From the NCBI GenBank assembly GCA_963790305.1, contig CAWBOC010000010.1:64001-128000 (forward strand): a stretch of DNA of 64,000 nucleotides, read 5' to 3'. Of the stretch, positions 44,488 through 54,821 are shown piece by piece. A program made the position numbers and the translations under genes. Within the stretch, counting starts at the first letter, position 1; each line of letters begins with the position of its first letter. Below the pieces are notes generated by a model. The model did not search any database. It saw only the letters and a program-made list of their open reading frames with translations, and was not told where the DNA came from. The stretch comes from an uncultured Gemmatimonadaceae bacterium (GTDB taxonomy: Bacteria; Gemmatimonadota; Gemmatimonadetes; Gemmatimonadales; Gemmatimonadaceae).

Positions 44488-44551
44488 GGCGCTGGAAAAG
44501 CGCTGGGGCTAGCGCCAATCCAGCGCTGTCCCAGCGCTATTCCAGCGCTCC
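44488..44551. repeat. Inverted pair of about 11-mer repeats (AGCGCTGG core)
   Basis: ggcgctggaaa agcgctggggc ... ccagcgctgtc ccagcgctatt ccagcgctcc; includes the MFS stop and last codons. Confidence 0.65.
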
Positions 44552-45853
44552 TTGTTTCTTCAGCGCTTCTCCCGCGCCTGTGTCTTCCGGCACCTTCACC
44601 GCCAGGAGCGCTGTCGACGCCACGAGCGCGGCGGAAGCGAAAAACGGGATGTACGAGCCTGCCTGTCCCAGGTGCGCATGGCCCAGGTCCCAGACCGTTC
44701 CGGCGAAAAGCGCGTACAACACGCGCGTGATGTTGCCCACCGTCTGCTGCAGCCCCATGTACAGCCCACGCTCGTGATCGCCGACCACCTGCGAGAGCAT
44801 CGCCGTCACGCACGGGAAGAGCAGCGTCGCGCCGAGGGGCAGCAGGGCGGTCGCGATCGCCAGCGTCACGAGCGAGCTCGTGAAGGGCATCACCACGAAG
44901 CCTAACGCGAGCGAGATGATTCCCAGGCGTGTCGTGCGCGCCTCCCCGACGCGATCGATCACCTTCCCGAGCAGGCCAATACGGAACACGACGTTGAGCA
45001 CGCCCAGGTAGGCGAAGAACGGGCCGATCGTCTTCTCCGTGATCCCGTGGCGCTCCATCAGAAAGAACGGCATCACCCCCGACAGCGTGAGCCCGTAGAA
45101 CGCGCCAATCGCGATGGCGTATACCCAGATGAATCGCTTCGCGAAGTCGGGGTTCGGGTGCGTGAGGCTCGCCGCGCCCTGCGCGCCGAGCGTCCACCGC
45201 GTCACCAGCGTGACGGGCCAGACGGGAGCGATGCGCCACACCCCTTTGACCGTGGCCCACTGCTCCCGGCGCGCCTTCGCCTTTGCCGCCGCGCCGTGCG
45301 ATTCGCCGAGGAAACGCGACGCGAAGGCGATGTTCAGGAGACAGACCGCGGCCGCGATCAGTCCCGGCGCGTGGCGTCCCCATGTCGATGCCGCGGAGCC
45401 GATGAGCGGGCCGATCATGACGCCGACGTTGGTCGCGGCGGACAACCATCCCAGCCCCTTCGCGCGATTCTTCGGCTCGACGACGTCCGACACGTATGCC
45501 TGGATGACGCCAACCGTTCCGCCGCCAGCGCCCTGAATAATGCGCGAAACGAACAGCAGCCACAGCGAGTCCGCGAAGGCGAACACGACGTAGGCGACGG
45601 CGGATGCGGAAAGGCCGATGATGAGCGCCGGCTTGCGTCCATAGCGATCGGAGACGCGTCCCCAAAGCGGGGCACTGATGAGCTGGGCGATGAGGAACGA
45701 CGATCCCAGCCATGCCATCACGAAGCCGGTCGCGCCGAGGTCCTTCGCGTAGAAGGGCAGCAGCGGCAACAGCATCAGTACGCCCACCATGTCCATGAAC
45801 GCCGTCAACATCAGGACGGCGAGGCCGGCGGGAATGGCGGACGGACGCTTCAA
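44537..45853 (-). CDS. MFS transporter, DHA1/TetA-like
   Basis: WGRVSDRYGRKP motif A, SRIIQGAGGG, GVMIGP, 12-TM pattern. Confidence 0.9.
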   Translation of the reverse strand: MKRPSAIPAGLAVLMLTAFMDMVGVLMLLPLLPFYAKDLGATGFVMAWLGSSFLIAQLISAPLWGRVSDRYGRKPALIIGLSASAVAYVVFAFADSLWLLFVSRIIQGAGGGTVGVIQAYVSDVVEPKNRAKGLGWLSAATNVGVMIGPLIGSAASTWGRHAPGLIAAAVCLLNIAFASRFLGESHGAAAKAKARREQWATVKGVWRIAPVWPVTLVTRWTLGAQGAASLTHPNPDFAKRFIWVYAIAIGAFYGLTLSGVMPFFLMERHGITEKTIGPFFAYLGVLNVVFRIGLLGKVIDRVGEARTTRLGIISLALGFVVMPFTSSLVTLAIATALLPLGATLLFPCVTAMLSQVVGDHERGLYMGLQQTVGNITRVLYALFAGTVWDLGHAHLGQAGSYIPFFASAALVASTALLAVKVPEDTGAGEALKKQGALE

Positions 45854-45859
45854 AAGGGC

Positions 45860-45978
45860 AAGGCGCTAAAAGGCGCAAAGGCGCGAAAGGCGCGAAAGGC
45901 GCTGACGGCGTAACGTGGCTCACGCATCAACATCATGGATGAATTGCCTCTAGCGCCTCTAGCGCCTCAAGCGCCTCA
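45860..45978. repeat. Inverted pair of 9-mer tandem repeats (ARAGGCGCK family)
   Basis: (aaaggcgcg/t)x5 ... gcctct agcgcctct agcgcctca agcgcctca; supplies the permease TGA. Confidence 0.82.
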
Positions 45979-46863
45979 GTCTTCCGTCTTGCCCAGCGCC
46001 GCCGGCGGGGTCGACCGCGCCACGAAACCACCCACCGCGACAATGGTGAGAACATAGGGGATCATCTGTACGAACTGGCTTGGGATCCCCTGCATGCCCT
46101 GAAGCTGAATCTGCAACGTCTCCGCGGCGGCGAAGAGCAGGCATGCGAGGCCGGCGCGCACCGGCTCCCATCGCCCGAAGATGATCGCCGCCAGCGCAAT
46201 GAACCCGCGTCCAGCGGTCATCGAATCGGTGAACTGGTGCTGGTCGAGCGCCAGATACACGCCGCCGAGCCCCGCGAGAATTCCCGAGAGGGCGACCGCG
46301 AGATAGCGGACCCGTCGGACGGGAACGCCTAACGTCTCGGCCGCGGCGGGATGCTCGCCGACCGCGCGCACGCGCAGGCCGAACGGCGTGTAGTGCACCA
46401 GCCACGCGACGGCGGGAATCGCCATCAGGCCGAGCCACACCAGCGGGTTCCGCAACAGCGCTCCCGTCAAGCTCACCGCATCCCCGGTGATGCCGAAGCC
46501 TGGCACGCGTGGCGAGTTCGACGAGCTGTCGAACGCCATGAGCAGGAAGAACCGCGTGAGGCCGACGGCGAGCAGGTTGATCGCGATGCCCGTGACGATC
46601 TGGTCGGCGCGATACCGGATCGAGGCGACCGCGTGGATCAATCCGAACAGCAACCCCCCGCCGACGCCACACAGCACGCCGATCCACGGGCTGCCGCTGT
46701 AGAAGCTGCCGAGAGTGGCGGCGAACGCGCCCGTCAACATGAATCCCTCGAGCGTGAGGCTCACCACGCCCGCACGCTCGGCCACAACCCCCCCTGAGGC
46801 CGCGAACAGGTAGGGGATCGCGATGCGGATCGTCTGGGCAATGAAGGCGGCGATCTCGCTCAT
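45976..46863 (-). CDS. Nucleoside ABC transporter permease 2
   Basis: AERAGVVSLTLEG, GLRVRAVGEHP, GRGFIALAA, IPYVLT. Confidence 0.92.
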   Translation of the reverse strand: MSEIAAFIAQTIRIAIPYLFAASGGVVAERAGVVSLTLEGFMLTGAFAATLGSFYSGSPWIGVLCGVGGGLLFGLIHAVASIRYRADQIVTGIAINLLAVGLTRFFLLMAFDSSSNSPRVPGFGITGDAVSLTGALLRNPLVWLGLMAIPAVAWLVHYTPFGLRVRAVGEHPAAAETLGVPVRRVRYLAVALSGILAGLGGVYLALDQHQFTDSMTAGRGFIALAAIIFGRWEPVRAGLACLLFAAAETLQIQLQGMQGIPSQFVQMIPYVLTIVAVGGFVARSTPPAALGKTED

Positions 46864-47927
46864 TCGGCGACTCCGCCTCTCGCGCCGCGCACCAGCCGCC
46901 GAACCTCCGGCACCGCCGCGGCCACCGCGAGGATGACCACGCCCTGAAGCACCTCGACCATCTGCTTCGGCACCAGCGCGTGAATCGCCAGCCCACCCTG
47001 CGACAGGGTTGCGAAGAGGAAGGCGGCGATGATGACGCCTAACGGGTGGTTCCGGCCGACCAGGGCGACCGCGATCCCGAGAAAACCGGCTCCGGCGCCG
47101 AATCCTTCCTCGTAGTAGTGCTTGTAGCCGAGGACGTAGTTGATGCCGCCGAGTCCGGCCAACGCCCCGGAGATGACGAACGCCTTGATCCAGACGGTGC
47201 CGACCCGCACGCCTCCATATTCGGCCGCGTCCGGCTGAAGACCGACCGCGCGCAGCTCGTAACCGGCGCGGGTGCGGAAGAGCATCCAGCCCACGACGGC
47301 CGCCGCGACGATCGCGATGAACAGTGAGACGTTGACGGCCGATCCGTGGAACGGCGACACCCAGTCCATCAGCCGCGCCACGGTCCCCGCACGCATATCG
47401 GGCGTGTGCAGCGTTTCCGGAACGTGAAGGTGGGACGCCACGATCCAGTTGAGCAACGCCAGCACGATGAAGTTCAGCATGATCGTGACGATCACTTCGT
47501 GCGCGCCGAAGCGTGCCTTCATCACGCCGGGAATCGCGCCGACGAGCCCGCCGGCCGCGAGGGCCGCCGCAATGCACAGCGGGATCGCCAACACCCCCGG
47601 TGTGCCAGCGGGCAGCACGAGGCCCATGACTGCGGCGGCGAATCCACCCGCCGCGAGCTGCCCTTCGCCGCCAATGTTGAACAGCCCCGCGCGGAGGGCA
47701 ACCGAGACCGCGAGGCCCGTGCAGATGAGCGTCGTTGCCTTGTAGAGCACCTGGCCGAAACCGTACCAGTTTCCCCAGGTGCCGCTGAGCATCAGGCGAA
47801 ACACCGCGCTTGGCGACTGCCCAACGAGGATGATGAGAATGTCCCCGACCACCAGCGCCACGAGCAGTGCCACGAGTGGCGGCAGCAGGGCTTCCTCCAC
47901 GCGCCGGCGCGCGACGGTCGTCGTCAC
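46860..47927 (-). CDS. Nucleoside ABC transporter permease 1
   Basis: GLFNIGGEGQ, HEVIVTIMLN, GYELRAVG, GFLGIAVALVG. Confidence 0.92.
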   Translation of the reverse strand: MTTTVARRRVEEALLPPLVALLVALVVGDILIILVGQSPSAVFRLMLSGTWGNWYGFGQVLYKATTLICTGLAVSVALRAGLFNIGGEGQLAAGGFAAAVMGLVLPAGTPGVLAIPLCIAAALAAGGLVGAIPGVMKARFGAHEVIVTIMLNFIVLALLNWIVASHLHVPETLHTPDMRAGTVARLMDWVSPFHGSAVNVSLFIAIVAAAVVGWMLFRTRAGYELRAVGLQPDAAEYGGVRVGTVWIKAFVISGALAGLGGINYVLGYKHYYEEGFGAGAGFLGIAVALVGRNHPLGVIIAAFLFATLSQGGLAIHALVPKQMVEVLQGVVILAVAAAVPEVRRLVRGARGGVAE

Positions 47928-49513
47928 GCGGCGGGTCTCGTCGTGTCGGTCGCGCCCGTCATCAGGGGACCGAGCCGTTCCTCCGTTGCTTCGCGCCGCG
48001 GGAGCGTGGCCACGATGCGGCCGCCGTACATGACGGCCACACGATCGGCGAGCGCGAGAATCTCGGAGAGCTCCGCCGAAACGAGAAGAATGGCCTTGCC
48101 TGCCTCACGAGCGGCTCGAATCTGGGCGTGGATGAACTCGATCGCGCCGACATCCACTCCGCGGGTAGGCTGCGATGCGAGAAGAACCGCGTAGGCGCCG
48201 CCCATTTCGCGCGCAATGACGATCTTCTGCTGATTGCCGCCCGACAGTGAGCGGGCCGGGAGCACCCCGTCGGGTGGGCGGATGTCGAAACGCCGGATCT
48301 CGTCCTGGGCGTTGGCGCCGATGCGCGCGTCGTCGAGGGTCCATGCGTTCCGCACACCGCGCGCGTACTTGTGCTGATCCCCCAGGATGAGATTGTCGGC
48401 CACGGAGTAGTCGAGCACGAGCCCCCGGCGATGCCGGTCTTCGGGGATGTGGGCGAGGCCGGACTCCGTGCGCTCGCGGACCGAAGCGTTCGTGACATCC
48501 CGCTCCCCGAGCTTGATCGTTCCCTCGCCGACGGCGCGCAGGCCCGCGATCGCTTCGATGAGCTCGGTCTGTCCGTTTCCCTCGACGCCCGCGATGCCGA
48601 GGATTTCCCCCGGGGCGACGGTGAGCGAAACGCCGTCGACGGCGCGGAGGCCGCGGTTCATCACGACCAGGTTGCTCACGAGCAAGGAAGATTGCGGATT
48701 GCGCGCGTGCCCTTGGGGCAGGGCGGACTCAGGTGACGACAGCTCATCATCCGCAATCCGCAATCGCACGTCGCGTCCAACCATCGCGCGCGCGATGCTG
48801 TCCGGTGTCGCCTCGCTCGTCTGCATCCGCGCCACCGTCTCACCGTGACGCATGACGGTGATGCGGTCGGAGATGTCCATGACCTCGTCGAGCTTGTGCG
48901 TGATGAGCACGATCGTCGCCCCATCGTCGCGCAACCGGCGCAGAACGCCCCACAGCTCCTTCACCTCGAGCGGCGACAGGACGGCCGTCGGCTCGTCGAG
49001 GATGAGAATGCGCGCCCCACGGAACAGCGTCTTGAGAATCTCGACGCGCTGCGCTTCCCCCACTGAGAGCTCGCCGACGAGACGCTCCGGTTCGACGCGC
49101 AGTCCATACTGCTCGCCGATCCGCCGCACGTCGCTGAGCGCCCGTGCGACGTCGAGCATCGCACCGCGCACCGGCTCACGGCCCAGGACCACGTTCTCGG
49201 CGACCGTGAGCGTTCGGACGAGCATGAAATGCTGGTGGACCATTCCGACGCCGGCCTTGATGGCGTCGGCGGTGGACCAGCCAGTGACGTCGCGCAGCTC
49301 ACCGTTCGGCGCCGCGATCTCGATCGTGCCGGCGTCGGGGGCGTACAGGCCCGCGAGCAGACGCATGAGCGTCGACTTCCCCGCGCCGTTCTCGCCGACG
49401 AGTGCGTGGATCTCCCGGCTGCCGACTTCCAGGCTGGCACCGCGATTGGCGTGAACGGGACCGAAGGACTTGTGGATGCCGCTCAAGCGAACGGCGAGCG
49501 CGGGTCCCGTCAT
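47924..49513 (-). CDS. Nucleoside ABC transporter ATPase (two ABC domains)
   Basis: GENGAGKST, MVHQHFML, LDEPT, GVEGNGQ, LSGGNQQK, QPTRGVD. Confidence 0.93.
   Translation of the reverse strand: MTGPALAVRLSGIHKSFGPVHANRGASLEVGSREIHALVGENGAGKSTLMRLLAGLYAPDAGTIEIAAPNGELRDVTGWSTADAIKAGVGMVHQHFMLVRTLTVAENVVLGREPVRGAMLDVARALSDVRRIGEQYGLRVEPERLVGELSVGEAQRVEILKTLFRGARILILDEPTAVLSPLEVKELWGVLRRLRDDGATIVLITHKLDEVMDISDRITVMRHGETVARMQTSEATPDSIARAMVGRDVRLRIADDELSSPESALPQGHARNPQSSLLVSNLVVMNRGLRAVDGVSLTVAPGEILGIAGVEGNGQTELIEAIAGLRAVGEGTIKLGERDVTNASVRERTESGLAHIPEDRHRRGLVLDYSVADNLILGDQHKYARGVRNAWTLDDARIGANAQDEIRRFDIRPPDGVLPARSLSGGNQQKIVIAREMGGAYAVLLASQPTRGVDVGAIEFIHAQIRAAREAGKAILLVSAELSEILALADRVAVMYGGRIVATLPRREATEERLGPLMTGATDTTRPAA
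48690..48767. repeat. Intragenic inverted 7-mer pair (ATTGCGG family)
   Basis: gattgcggattgcg ... atccgcaatccgcaatc, in the inter-domain linker of the ATPase. Confidence 0.7.
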
Positions 49514-50547
49514 CGCGTGCTCGGCACCTGGATGCGACCGGCGATGATCTCCGCCTTGATCTGTTCGACCCGCGCAATCACGTCCGCCGGAATGAGAGCG
49601 CGGTTGTTGTCGTCGTAGATGTAGCCGACGCCACCCTCCTTCAGCCCGTACGAATAGATGCCCCCCTGAAACGTTCCCTCGCGGGCCCGGCGAATGGCGT
49701 CGAAGGTCACCGCGTCGACTCCCTTGACCATCGACGTCATGATGTGCCCTGGCGCTTCGCTGTACTGATCGGCATCGACGCCGATGGCGTACTTGCCTGT
49801 CTGCCGCGCCGCCTCGAACACACCGAGTCCCGTCGAGCCCGAGGCATGGAAGATCACGTTGACACCCGACTGGTACTGGCTGAGCGCGAGCTCCTTCCCT
49901 TTGCCGGGATTGCGGAAGGCCTCCGGCGTCACCCCGGCGTACTGGGCGATCACCGTGCAATCGGGGCAGACGTGCCTAACGCCGGCACGAAACCCGGCCT
50001 CGAACTTGTGGATGAGCGGGATATCCATGCCGCCCACGAAGCCCACGCGCTTCGATCCGCCGGCGAGCACCGCGATCGCGCCGACGAGGAACGAGCCTTC
50101 CTCCTCGCGGAACTTGAGCGCCGCGAGATTCGATGGCGGCTGAACGACAGTGCCCTGCTCGTTGACGGTCACCGCGTAGTCGACTCCGGCGAACTTGACG
50201 GCCGGATACTCGACGGCGAGATCGGTGAGATCATCGGTGAAAATGAAGCCGACGCCGATGACGAGGTCCATCCCCTGCGCGGCGAGCAATCGCAAGCCCG
50301 CCTCCCGATCGCTCCCCTCACCCGGCTCGATGAAGCGGATGTCGGCGCCCAGAACGGCCTTCGCGGAGTCCGCTCCCTTGTAGGCGCCGTCGTTGAACGA
50401 CTTGTCACCCCGTCCGCCGACGTCGAACACGACCCCCACGACGACGGCGGCCGAGTCCGACTCGGCAACCGCGCCGCGCGGCTGCACGAAGAGCAATGCA
50501 ACGTGGGCGACGAGCAATACCGCGATCAGGATGAGAAGACGGCGCAT
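49510..50547 (-). CDS. BMP/PnrA family ABC substrate-binding protein
   Basis: GGRGDKSFND, FREEEGSFLVG, GFVGG, AIGVDADQ, TSMVK. Confidence 0.93.
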   Translation of the reverse strand: MRRLLILIAVLLVAHVALLFVQPRGAVAESDSAAVVVGVVFDVGGRGDKSFNDGAYKGADSAKAVLGADIRFIEPGEGSDREAGLRLLAAQGMDLVIGVGFIFTDDLTDLAVEYPAVKFAGVDYAVTVNEQGTVVQPPSNLAALKFREEEGSFLVGAIAVLAGGSKRVGFVGGMDIPLIHKFEAGFRAGVRHVCPDCTVIAQYAGVTPEAFRNPGKGKELALSQYQSGVNVIFHASGSTGLGVFEAARQTGKYAIGVDADQYSEAPGHIMTSMVKGVDAVTFDAIRRAREGTFQGGIYSYGLKEGGVGYIYDDNNRALIPADVIARVEQIKAEIIAGRIQVPSTR

Positions 50548-50657
50548 GGGTCGCTACGTGAAAGTGGGGCGCGGGCGGTCCAGAATCTGATCGACAGACG
50601 AGGGGGGAGGGAAGAGCGCCGTTCGCGCGACCCGACTCTTGCTATCTTGTCTCCCCC

Positions 50658-52187
50658 ATGCCTGAGCGCCTGCGCACTCGTTTTCTCGTTGTCGGGAGCG
50701 GCATCGCCGGCCTCCACACCGCCTGGCGCGCCGCCGAGGACGGCAACGTGGTTCTCCTCACCAAGCGGTCGCTCTTCGACAGCGCCACCGCCTACGCGCA
50801 AGGAGGCATCGCCGCGGCGCTCGGCGCCGGGGATTCCCCGGCGCTCCACCGCCGTGATACGCTCGCGGCGGGAGCAGCGCTCTGCGACCGGGAAGCGGTG
50901 GAAGTGCTTGTCGAGGAAGGGCCGGCCCGCGTGCAGGAGCTCTTCGCGGCCGGGGCCCGGTTCGACCTTGCACCGGGCGGGCGCTTCAAGCTCGGCCGCG
51001 AAGCGGCCCATTCCCGGAACCGGATCGTACATGCACACGGCGATCAAACGGGGGCCGAGGTCGCGCGCACGCTCATTGAGCGCGTGCGTGAGAGCGAGCA
51101 TGTCGACGTGATCGAGGCCGCGCGCGTTCTCGACCTCATTGTGCGTGATGGAGAATGCCTCGGGGTCCGTGCCAGCGTGTCAGGGCGCCCGGTCGAGATC
51201 ATCGCCGACGCCACGGTGCTCGCGACCGGTGGATGCGGACAGGTCTATCGCTACACGACGAACCCGGTGGTCGCGACGGGCGACGGGTATGCGATCGCAT
51301 GGCGCGCGGGCGTCCGCCTCGTCGACATGGAGTTCGTGCAGTTCCACCCGACGGCGCTCGATACGCCGGAGAATCCGCTCGCACTCATCTCGGAGGCGGT
51401 GCGCGGGGAGGGCGCGGTGCTTCGCAACGATCGTGGTGAGCGATTCATGAAGAAGCGGCACCGCCTCGCCGACCTCGCGCCACGTGACATCGTCGCGCGC
51501 GAGATCTTCCGCGAACAGCGACCGGCGCGCGCGCGCGGGAAGCCGCGCCGCGTCGTCCTCGACGCGACAGAGCTCGGCGAATCATTCATGCATCGCTTTC
51601 CTGGAATCTTTGCCCTCTGTGAGGCTCGCGGGATCGATCCGCGTCGCGATCTGATCCCGGTCACGCCGGCAGCGCACTACATGATGGGCGGCATCGTCAC
51701 CGACCTTGCCGGACGCACGAGCATGAAGCGCCTGTACGCGTGCGGCGAAGTCTCGAGCACGGGGGTGCATGGCGCGAACCGGCTTGCGTCGAACTCACTT
51801 CTCGAGGGATTGGTGTTCGCCGAGCGAGTGGCACGGGACGTTCAGCGCGCTGAGCGGGTGCAACGAATTCCGCGTGCGGGCTCGTGGGAGGTTCCGCCGC
51901 TCGTTGACCGGGGGGCGGCGCAGGTAGCTTCCGATGACGTCCGCAGGACGATGTGGCAGCACGCGGCGATCGATCGCTCTGCGCGGGGCCTCCGTACCTG
52001 TCTCGAGGATCTGGCGTCCATCGAATCGCGCCTTCCTCAAGGGGCGACGGAGGAGCTCAACCTGGTTCAGTCGGCGCGGCTCATCGCCCAGGCGGCGCTG
52101 ATGCGCGAGGAATCCCGGGGTGGGCACTTTCGGTCGGATTTTCCGAAGGCGAAGCGGTCGTGGGCGGGAAAGCACATCTTGTGGTGA
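50658..52187 (+). CDS. nadB: L-aspartate oxidase
   Basis: GSGIAGL, AQGGIAA, EAAHSRNRIVH, EFVQFHPT, SEAVRGEG, HYMMGG, HGANRLASNSLLE; upstream TG-n-TATCTT extended -10. Confidence 0.96.
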   Translation: MPERLRTRFLVVGSGIAGLHTAWRAAEDGNVVLLTKRSLFDSATAYAQGGIAAALGAGDSPALHRRDTLAAGAALCDREAVEVLVEEGPARVQELFAAGARFDLAPGGRFKLGREAAHSRNRIVHAHGDQTGAEVARTLIERVRESEHVDVIEAARVLDLIVRDGECLGVRASVSGRPVEIIADATVLATGGCGQVYRYTTNPVVATGDGYAIAWRAGVRLVDMEFVQFHPTALDTPENPLALISEAVRGEGAVLRNDRGERFMKKRHRLADLAPRDIVAREIFREQRPARARGKPRRVVLDATELGESFMHRFPGIFALCEARGIDPRRDLIPVTPAAHYMMGGIVTDLAGRTSMKRLYACGEVSSTGVHGANRLASNSLLEGLVFAERVARDVQRAERVQRIPRAGSWEVPPLVDRGAAQVASDDVRRTMWQHAAIDRSARGLRTCLEDLASIESRLPQGATEELNLVQSARLIAQAALMREESRGGHFRSDFPKAKRSWAGKHILW

Positions 52188-52203
52188 AGAGCGCCTACTC
52201 TCC

Positions 52204-52238
52204 TTGCCCCAACGTCTCGGCCCGCATACGCTCCTCCC
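52204..52238 (+). promoter_or_regulatory. Internal leaderless sigma70-type promoter of nadA
   Basis: TTGCCC-N17-TACGCT-N6-ATG. Confidence 0.6.
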
Positions 52239-53231
52239 ATGAGCCACGATCTACCGGCCGAGATCCGCTCGCTCGCCAGGGAGCGCAACGCGGTCATCCT
52301 TGCGCACAACTATGAGCGCCCCGAGGTGCAGGACGTCGCCGACTTTGTCGGCGACTCGCTCGGACTCTCGCGCGAGGCAGCCCGCACCTCGGCCGAGGTC
52401 ATCGTCTTCTGCGGTGTCCACTTCATGGCGGAGACGGCGGCCATCCTCTCCCCCGAGAAGGTCGTGCTGTTGCCCGATCTCGCCGCGGGATGCTCGCTCG
52501 CCTCGACCATTGACGGCGAGCAGCTGCGTGCGTGGAAAGACGAGCATCCGGGCGCGGTGGTCGTGTCGTACGTCAACACGACCGCCGAGGTGAAAGCGGA
52601 ATCCGACTATTGCTGCACGTCGGGAAACGCGGTCGAGGTCGTGAACTCGATTCCCGCCGACCGCGAGATCCTTTTCCTCCCCGATCTGTTCCTCGGCGCT
52701 CATGTGCGGCGCGTCACCGGTCGCGAGAACATGCACGTGTGGCTCGGGGAATGTCACGTGCACGCCGGCATCAGTCCGGAGAACATCGCATTACAGCGAA
52801 CGATGCACCCCGAGGCCGAGTTTCTCGTCCACCCCGAGTGCGGATGCTCCACCAGCGTGCTCGAGGCGATGTCGGCCGGCGACGTCGACGCCAACGGTGT
52901 CCACATTCTGTCGACGGAAGGGATGATTCGGCGGCCGGCGGTTTCGCCGGCGCCGGAATTCATCGTCGCCACCGAGGTCGGCATCCTGCACCGTCTACGC
53001 AAGGAGAATCCCGAGAAGCGCTTTTTCGCCGCGAACGATCGCGCGAGCTGCGCCTACATGAAAGTGACGACGCTGCCGAAGGTGCTCGAGTCGCTGGAGA
53101 CGCTCACTCACCACATCACCGTTCCCGCGGACGTCGCGGCGCGCGCATACCGGGCCATCGAGCGCATGATCTCGATCGGCGGCCCGGCCCCGGCGCCCCT
53201 GCTGCCCGGCGAGGACGATCCGGGCGAATGA
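52239..53231 (+). CDS. nadA: Quinolinate synthase
   Basis: [40 protein letters not shown]. Confidence 0.97.
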   Translation: MSHDLPAEIRSLARERNAVILAHNYERPEVQDVADFVGDSLGLSREAARTSAEVIVFCGVHFMAETAAILSPEKVVLLPDLAAGCSLASTIDGEQLRAWKDEHPGAVVVSYVNTTAEVKAESDYCCTSGNAVEVVNSIPADREILFLPDLFLGAHVRRVTGRENMHVWLGECHVHAGISPENIALQRTMHPEAEFLVHPECGCSTSVLEAMSAGDVDANGVHILSTEGMIRRPAVSPAPEFIVATEVGILHRLRKENPEKRFFAANDRASCAYMKVTTLPKVLESLETLTHHITVPADVAARAYRAIERMISIGGPAPAPLLPGEDDPGE

Positions 53232-53232
53232 C

Positions 53233-54171
53233 ATGATGAATCAGGAACCGTCGGAGCGCGCGCAACCGCCGCGCCGCGTCACGCCGCTGGCCGTCACGCC
53301 GGTCCAGATGCCTGACGAGCTGCTCTTTCCACTCACGCGGGGGGCAGTGGAGAAGCTGGTGCACCGCGCGCTGCTCGAAGATGGCGCCTATACCGACATC
53401 ACCACGATCGCGACGGTGCTGTCGAATCGACGCGCGCGCGGGACGCTCGTGGCACGGCAGTCGGGCGTCGTCGCCGGCATCCCACTCGCGCTCGAGGCGT
53501 TTCGGCTGGTCGATCCCAAGGTGTCCATTCGCATCGACGTCGAGGACGGGATTCCCGTTGCGGCAAATCATCCGGTGTTGTTCGTCACCGGCCATGCGCG
53601 CGAGATTCTGTCCGCTGAGCGGGTGGCGCTCAACTTTCTCGGGCGCCTGTCGGGCATTGCGACGCTCACCGCTCGGTACGTCGACGCGGTCGCTGGGACC
53701 AGGGCGCGCATCGTGGACACGCGCAAGACGACGCCGGGATGGCGCAAGCTCGAGAAGTACGCCGTACGCGCCGGTGGCGGCCTCAATCATCGCATGGATC
53801 TCGCGACGGGCGTCCTCATCAAGGACAATCACCTCGCGGCCGTCGATGGGGATGTCGCGTTGGCGGTGCGCCGCGCACGAGAGAAGGCTCCGGCTGGGAT
53901 GCGCATCGAGGTCGAGTGCGAGCGCCCCGAGCAGGTCGAGGCCGCGGTCACCGCCGGAGCAGACATCGTGATGCTCGACAACATGCACATCACCACGATG
54001 CGGGAATGCGTGCAGCTGGTGAACGGCCGCGCGATCGTCGAGGCGTCGGGAGGCGTCACGCTCGAGTCGGTTCGCGCGATCGCCATGACCGGCGTCGACT
54101 GGATATCCATCGGCGCGCTCACGCACTCGGCGCCCTCGTTGGATGTTGCCCTGGAGTTCGATCCGGCGTGA
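53233..54171 (+). CDS. nadC: Nicotinate-nucleotide diphosphorylase (quinolinate PRTase)
   Basis: AERVALN, DTRKTTPG, NHRMDL, IKDNH, IEVE, MLDN, EASGG. Confidence 0.97.
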   Translation: MMNQEPSERAQPPRRVTPLAVTPVQMPDELLFPLTRGAVEKLVHRALLEDGAYTDITTIATVLSNRRARGTLVARQSGVVAGIPLALEAFRLVDPKVSIRIDVEDGIPVAANHPVLFVTGHAREILSAERVALNFLGRLSGIATLTARYVDAVAGTRARIVDTRKTTPGWRKLEKYAVRAGGGLNHRMDLATGVLIKDNHLAAVDGDVALAVRRAREKAPAGMRIEVECERPEQVEAAVTAGADIVMLDNMHITTMRECVQLVNGRAIVEASGGVTLESVRAIAMTGVDWISIGALTHSAPSLDVALEFDPA

Positions 54172-54821
54172 GCACGCTGCTGATCACGGCGCTTTTGCTT
54201 GGCGCCGCGCACTCCTTCGCCCCCGATCATCTGGCCGCCATCGGCGTCTTCGTGAGCCGAAGACCGCACTGGAGGCGCGCCCTCGCCGTCGGCGCACGCT
54301 GGGGAGTGGGACACTCCCTGGTGATCCTGATTGTCGGCGGGGCCCTCGTGCTCACCGGATGGCGCTTTCCGGCACCGATGGCGCCCTGGGTCGAGCGAAT
54401 CGTCGGTGTGACGCTCGTCGTCGTCGGTGTCGTTGCGCTCGTGCGCGCCTTGCGGGTTCACGCCCACCGGCATGAGCACGACGGCGTCGCGCACTGGCAC
54501 CTGCATTCGCACCGCCGCTCCGAGGAGCACGACCACATCCATCATGCAGCGCTCGGGATGGGGATGCTCCACGGTCTCGCCGGGACGGGCGCACTCGTGA
54601 TCGCGCTGCCTCTCGCGGCAACCGAGTCCGCGCCCCTCGCCCTGGGCTACCTTCTCGCGTTCGGCATCGGGACCACGCTCGCAATGGCTGCCTTCGGCGT
54701 CGCGGCTGGATGGGTAGTTCGCGGCGCTGGGCGCCCGTCCCCATCACTCGTGCGTGCGACTTCGTCGGTCGCCGCGCTGGCCAGCGTGGTCGTCGGCGTG
54801 TGGTGGGTCATTGCCGCCTGA
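54168..54821 (+). CDS. UreH/NiCoT-like nickel/cobalt transporter
   Basis: AHSFAPDH, WGVGHS, His-rich loop, GMLHGLAG; GTG overlaps the nadC stop. Confidence 0.8.
   Translation: MSTLLITALLLGAAHSFAPDHLAAIGVFVSRRPHWRRALAVGARWGVGHSLVILIVGGALVLTGWRFPAPMAPWVERIVGVTLVVVGVVALVRALRVHAHRHEHDGVAHWHLHSHRRSEEHDHIHHAALGMGMLHGLAGTGALVIALPLAATESAPLALGYLLAFGIGTTLAMAAFGVAAGWVVRGAGRPSPSLVRATSSVAALASVVVGVWWVIAA

Noticed and set aside
50548..50657. Purine or NAD riboswitch between the BMP operon and nadB
   Set aside because: No recognisable consensus; short region consistent with two divergent promoters.
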